Shown: in pieces, positions 34,701 through 38,603 of the stretch
How the letters are laid out: each line of letters begins with the position of its first letter
Numbering within the stretch: position 1 is the stretch's first letter
Program-made: the position numbers and the translations under genes
Source of the DNA: Vezdaea acicularis
Taxonomy: Eukaryota
Direction of reading: 5' to 3'
NCBI GenBank assembly: GCA_026025075.1
Contig: JAPEUI010000140.1
Span: forward strand, 1 to 38,603
DNA: 38,603 nucleotides
The notes under the pieces: generated by a model
The model's input: the letters and a program-made list of their open reading frames with translations, nothing else
Database searches by the model: none
Told to the model about the DNA's origin: nothing

Positions 34701-37700
34701 ATGACCCAGAAGCTCTCGGCACCACCATGAAGTTCGTCATCCCATTCAAAGTTTGGCGTGATCGTAAGCTCGATCTTCAGCATCGATCTTGTAATCGGCT
34801 GTACTTGGGCTTGAACATCAAGGCGTGGAAATTTCTGGACGAAAGCACAAACTGCTTTTCCAGCCTTGGGCATTCCTAGAAGCTCGCCCATTCTCGGCGG
34901 GTCCAAGTCGAAATAGCTTGACCAAGGGACTTCAATTCGCTCAGCCTTCTGAATGATATCCCTCGTACATCTTGGAAACTGCCGAAGTGGTGTCATCGTT
35001 GGCCACATGCGCTTCTCTGCCATCTTACAATGCTCTAAGGCAGTTTTCGCTACTGAGGCCCACCCCTTTTTGAGCGTAATCTCAAAAATTGCTCGTAGAA
35101 TACGTCCGGCCGACTGAGTAACGTAGACGAGATCTGCCATTAGAGCAAGCCCATCTAGGCCTAGTCGAGATATGTAAGCTTGCAAGAGTACGTTGATCTT
35201 TGCATGGGGCTCTTCAACAGTCTCCTTAACAGGAATTGGCACCCTGCCTAGTAGCTTGGCTAATTCTAGCTTCTCGTCTTGCCTGACGGGAATATACTTG
35301 AATTCATCGCTGAGCGCAAAGACTCTAAACAGTTCAATGGATGAAATATAGGGTTGGATGTGGTGGTTGTACGTTAGCATTGAGGAATGAGTGATGTAGT
35401 AATGTGACGCGATCCGTCCGAGCTCGGTTGATTGTAACCGACCGGTCTTCACATCGTATCTAACAAGATTTGACTTTTCGAGCACGGTAGCAGCAGAATG
35501 GACTAAGTCGACACGCTTTTGCTCGAGCGATTCATCGTCTTCGTATTCAGCGCCAACGCTGTAGAGTCCTGGGGATCGGAGCATGCGTACAAACAGATAG
35601 GTGTAGCCTAACCACTCCACGGCATCATCACGACTTCTGATGTTTCCAAGAACGATTTCCGCGTTCAGATTGTCTGCTAGCTTGCTCATAAACTGACTCT
35701 CGATTGGCAATTGTTGATTGAGGAGAGACAGATAATACTGCAGTTCGCTTTGCGAAGTAATAATGATGCCCTCGCCCATGGAGTCAAACTGTGGGCGACC
35801 AGCACGACCGAGCATTTGGAGTACGTCTTGGGGACTCAGCTCTACCCAGCTACCTTTCTCAGGAGAGTAAATCTGTGTTCCTTTGATAACGACAGTATGT
35901 GCAGGGAGGTTGACTCCCCACGCTAACGTTGCAGTGGTAACGAGAACCTGAATATGACCTCCATAGAAGAGGTCTTCAACAGCAGTCCGGTCAACACGGT
36001 TCATTCCCGCGTGATGTATACCAAACCCGTAAGGCAAGAGATCCTTCAAATCACGATCGACAGAACTGTCCGCCTCAGTCCTTAGAACCTCGCGACTTGC
36101 GGCATCACTCCTCAAAATCTGCCCAATAGTCTCCTCTTCAAGGGCCTTATCTCGAACGAAACGCGCAGTCTTAGCTGTCTCTTTTCGTGAATGGACGAAT
36201 ATCAACATTTGTTGTTTATTCTGGCCAACCTGCTCTAGAACCTTATTGTAAGTGACCTCGTTCATGATTTTGAGCTGCTTGATAGCCTTCTTGTCTGAGA
36301 CACCGATAAATTCTTGCTTTAAAGGAACGGGCCGGTAAGAACCATCAAAATGGAAAAGCCCTTTCAAAGGGTCAACGCGCAAGAAATTACCAACATCACG
36401 GTAATTCGGCAAAGTTGCACTGAGGCCTACGAGCCTTACGGCGTCTCCTGTTTGCTCCATTTTCCTGATCGTTCTACTGACAATGCTCTCAAGAACAGGC
36501 CCACGATCATCGTGCAAGAGATGAACTTCGTCAATGACTATCAGACGGACTAAATTGGTGTAGCTCATATCCGTCGCTTTACGAGTAATGACATCCCACT
36601 TCTCAGGAGTCGTAACGATTATCTGCGTATCTGCTATTTGTTGTTTAGTAAGCTGACGATCACCCGTAAGTTCTGAGACTTTTATGCCATATGGCTTCAA
36701 TCTCTCGCCGAAATTACCGACCTGCTCTTGTACCAGAGCTTTCAGTGGAGCGATGTACACAATCTTGAAGTCATCAAGGCTTATCTGGCCAGTTTCGGGG
36801 TTCCGATTTTTCCCAATCTCTCGCAGTATAGCAAGCATTGCCACATTGGTCTTTCCGGAGCCTGTTGGAGCGCATATTAACATGTTCCCGTCATCATTAA
36901 AGGCAGTCGGAAAACATCTTGTTTGGATCCGATTGAGTTCTTTAGCGGATTTAAACGGCTCTCGAGCCCAGGCTGGCATTTCGGATACTGGAATATTTTT
37001 TGGTTCATTAGCATCCTTCCGCACCTTTGGTGCCGGGACATGAATCTCTTCATAGCCTTTAAAGGCACGCTTCGTAGATCCCTGTGGCAGCTTCACGTTT
37101 TGATTAGTCATGAGATGATTGCCCTGGTCAAATACCAGGTTTTCCAGGTTGATTAGACGCTTTGGCTTCAGACCACCAAGGAGTCCGCCATCCTTTGTCC
37201 CGTTGGCAACACCATTTGGTTGGGTTGCTTGAGAGGGTATATCGACGTCCATCAAGTCTAATTTCATCTTCTTGCTTTTGAGACCTGATCGCTCGTCCGC
37301 CAGATCCCGACCTCGAAGCTCTTCCAAAATAGATCGATGACCTTCAGCCACCATTTCTCGCTCAACAGTTGCTCGGCTCTGGGTGTCTTCTACCCTAGCA
37401 AGTCGAGTAAGCCAGACTATCTTATCGCGGTTGGTGATGAGCTTCCGAACGAGTTCATGGTGTTCATAATCAAACATTTCCATAAGATCATTCTCGATTT
37501 CTCGTAGAGGTTTCTCCTCGCCGTTCTCTGTAGTTCCGCCGAGAATCTCTAACCCTTCCTGAGTCTTAGCTTGCTGAACATGGGCATCTGTGTAGATCTG
37601 GCCGATCTGCCTTTGCAGCCAAAATGCATCAATTTCATGTGCAGGTACGACATCATCATCTTGTTTCCGTGCATTTGCGGTGCGAGCGCCGTTGCTTTGC

Positions 37701-38575
37701 CCGTCCAAAATCATAGCTTCATCGTCTCCCGATTCTGCCGACCCTTGGCTTCGCTGGTCAGCTGCTCCGCCTGCAGTAGCAGCTTCTTCAGCTCCAGGCC
37801 TTTCTTCGGCATCTCCTTCTTCATCTTCTGAAGTGTCGCTCTCGTCTCTCACTTCGTGCACGTGAGCGATGCCGTCCTCATCTTCATCAGATTCATCAAA
37901 AACAACCGCAACACCTTGCCGATCATCGATTTCTGCGCCACCTTCAATTTCCATTTCATTACCTGCCTCATCATCATCTTGCGCATCGTAATCGGTGATC
38001 TTCTTGCCAAGGTTTACCAACTCATTGAATTCTTTTGAGCCCATATTAACACCTAAGAGATCATCAACTTCCTTTTTCTTGTCAAGATCCTTCATGGTTT
38101 CGTCCTTCAGCGTCTCAAGGATAGCGTCTGCTGCAGATCTTGCAACAAGATGCGGGATATCTCCCAAATTATTGGAAACCGTTGTAAGAATTAGGTTGTA
38201 TGTCGCTCGGGTGGCGGGAGTGCGTGGTCGATATTTGATCCCCTCTATAAACGCGTCTGATGCAGACAGTATTCCAGTTCCTTGGAGCTGGGAAGGCTCT
38301 CCTCGTTTTCTCTTCTTTTGCTCGCGCTCCAGCACGTCTTCATCCTGTCGTATAGCCCCACGCTCGATACCTGAGGGGCCTTTCGCTGGCTTTTTGGGTA
38401 CCGCTTCCCGGCCAGTTCTAGAGCCCATATCTCGAATACTAAGTCGTCCTGCAAGTGACTCCGGATCTCCAGTGACTTCATCGTTGCGGCGTGTGACAAA
38501 ACGGCGGTCCGCCTGGAGGACCAGGTTGGACATCGCCGCGTACTTGTATTTCGAGACATCGAAATGGTCCGCCAT
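31783..38575 (-). CDS. BRR2: U5 snRNP 200-kDa pre-mRNA splicing helicase; intron 32342-32429
   Basis: YKYAAMSNLVLQADRRF, two Ski2-like cassettes (APTGSGKT/DEVH/QMLGRAGRPQFD and APTGSGKT/DELH), two Sec63 units and C-terminal MCDSYVGVDQ. Confidence 0.97.
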
Positions 38576-38603
38576 TTTGGTGGTTAACCCTTCGTTTTGT
38601 CGA

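Noticed and set aside
31783..38575. Intein, split gene or extra domain in BRR2
   Set aside because: One ordinary 88-nt intron joins the two ORFs, and total length and domain order match normal Brr2.

Overview
Gene-dense eukaryotic DNA from a filamentous ascomycete (Pezizomycotina-type short GT-AG introns with CTAAC/CTGAC branch sites). From 3.4 kb to the end it is mostly housekeeping genes: LSD1/KDM1, COQ6, an FAD monooxygenase, RFC2, DSC4 (DUF1746), PPE1, a membrane alpha/beta-hydrolase-like protein, NPL4, SEC66, a G-patch protein, an intron-containing tRNA-Ile(UAU), an uncharacterised membrane-anchored protein, NOP14, an orphan with a (KTEM)n repeat, and BRR2. The first 3.2 kb look like an accessory island. 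It holds the 3' end of a GC-rich gene made of near-identical 102-bp ankyrin repeats that vary mainly at ligand-contact codons (NLR-like sensor array), two decayed genes missed by the ORF track (one an APH/kinase-like pseudogene) and an F-box-like micro-ORF. A further decayed multi-exon gene lies at about 22.7-23.9 kb. All calls come from reading the sequence by eye; no searches were run, so I cannot claim a new biological system. The ankyrin array and its island are the best candidates.
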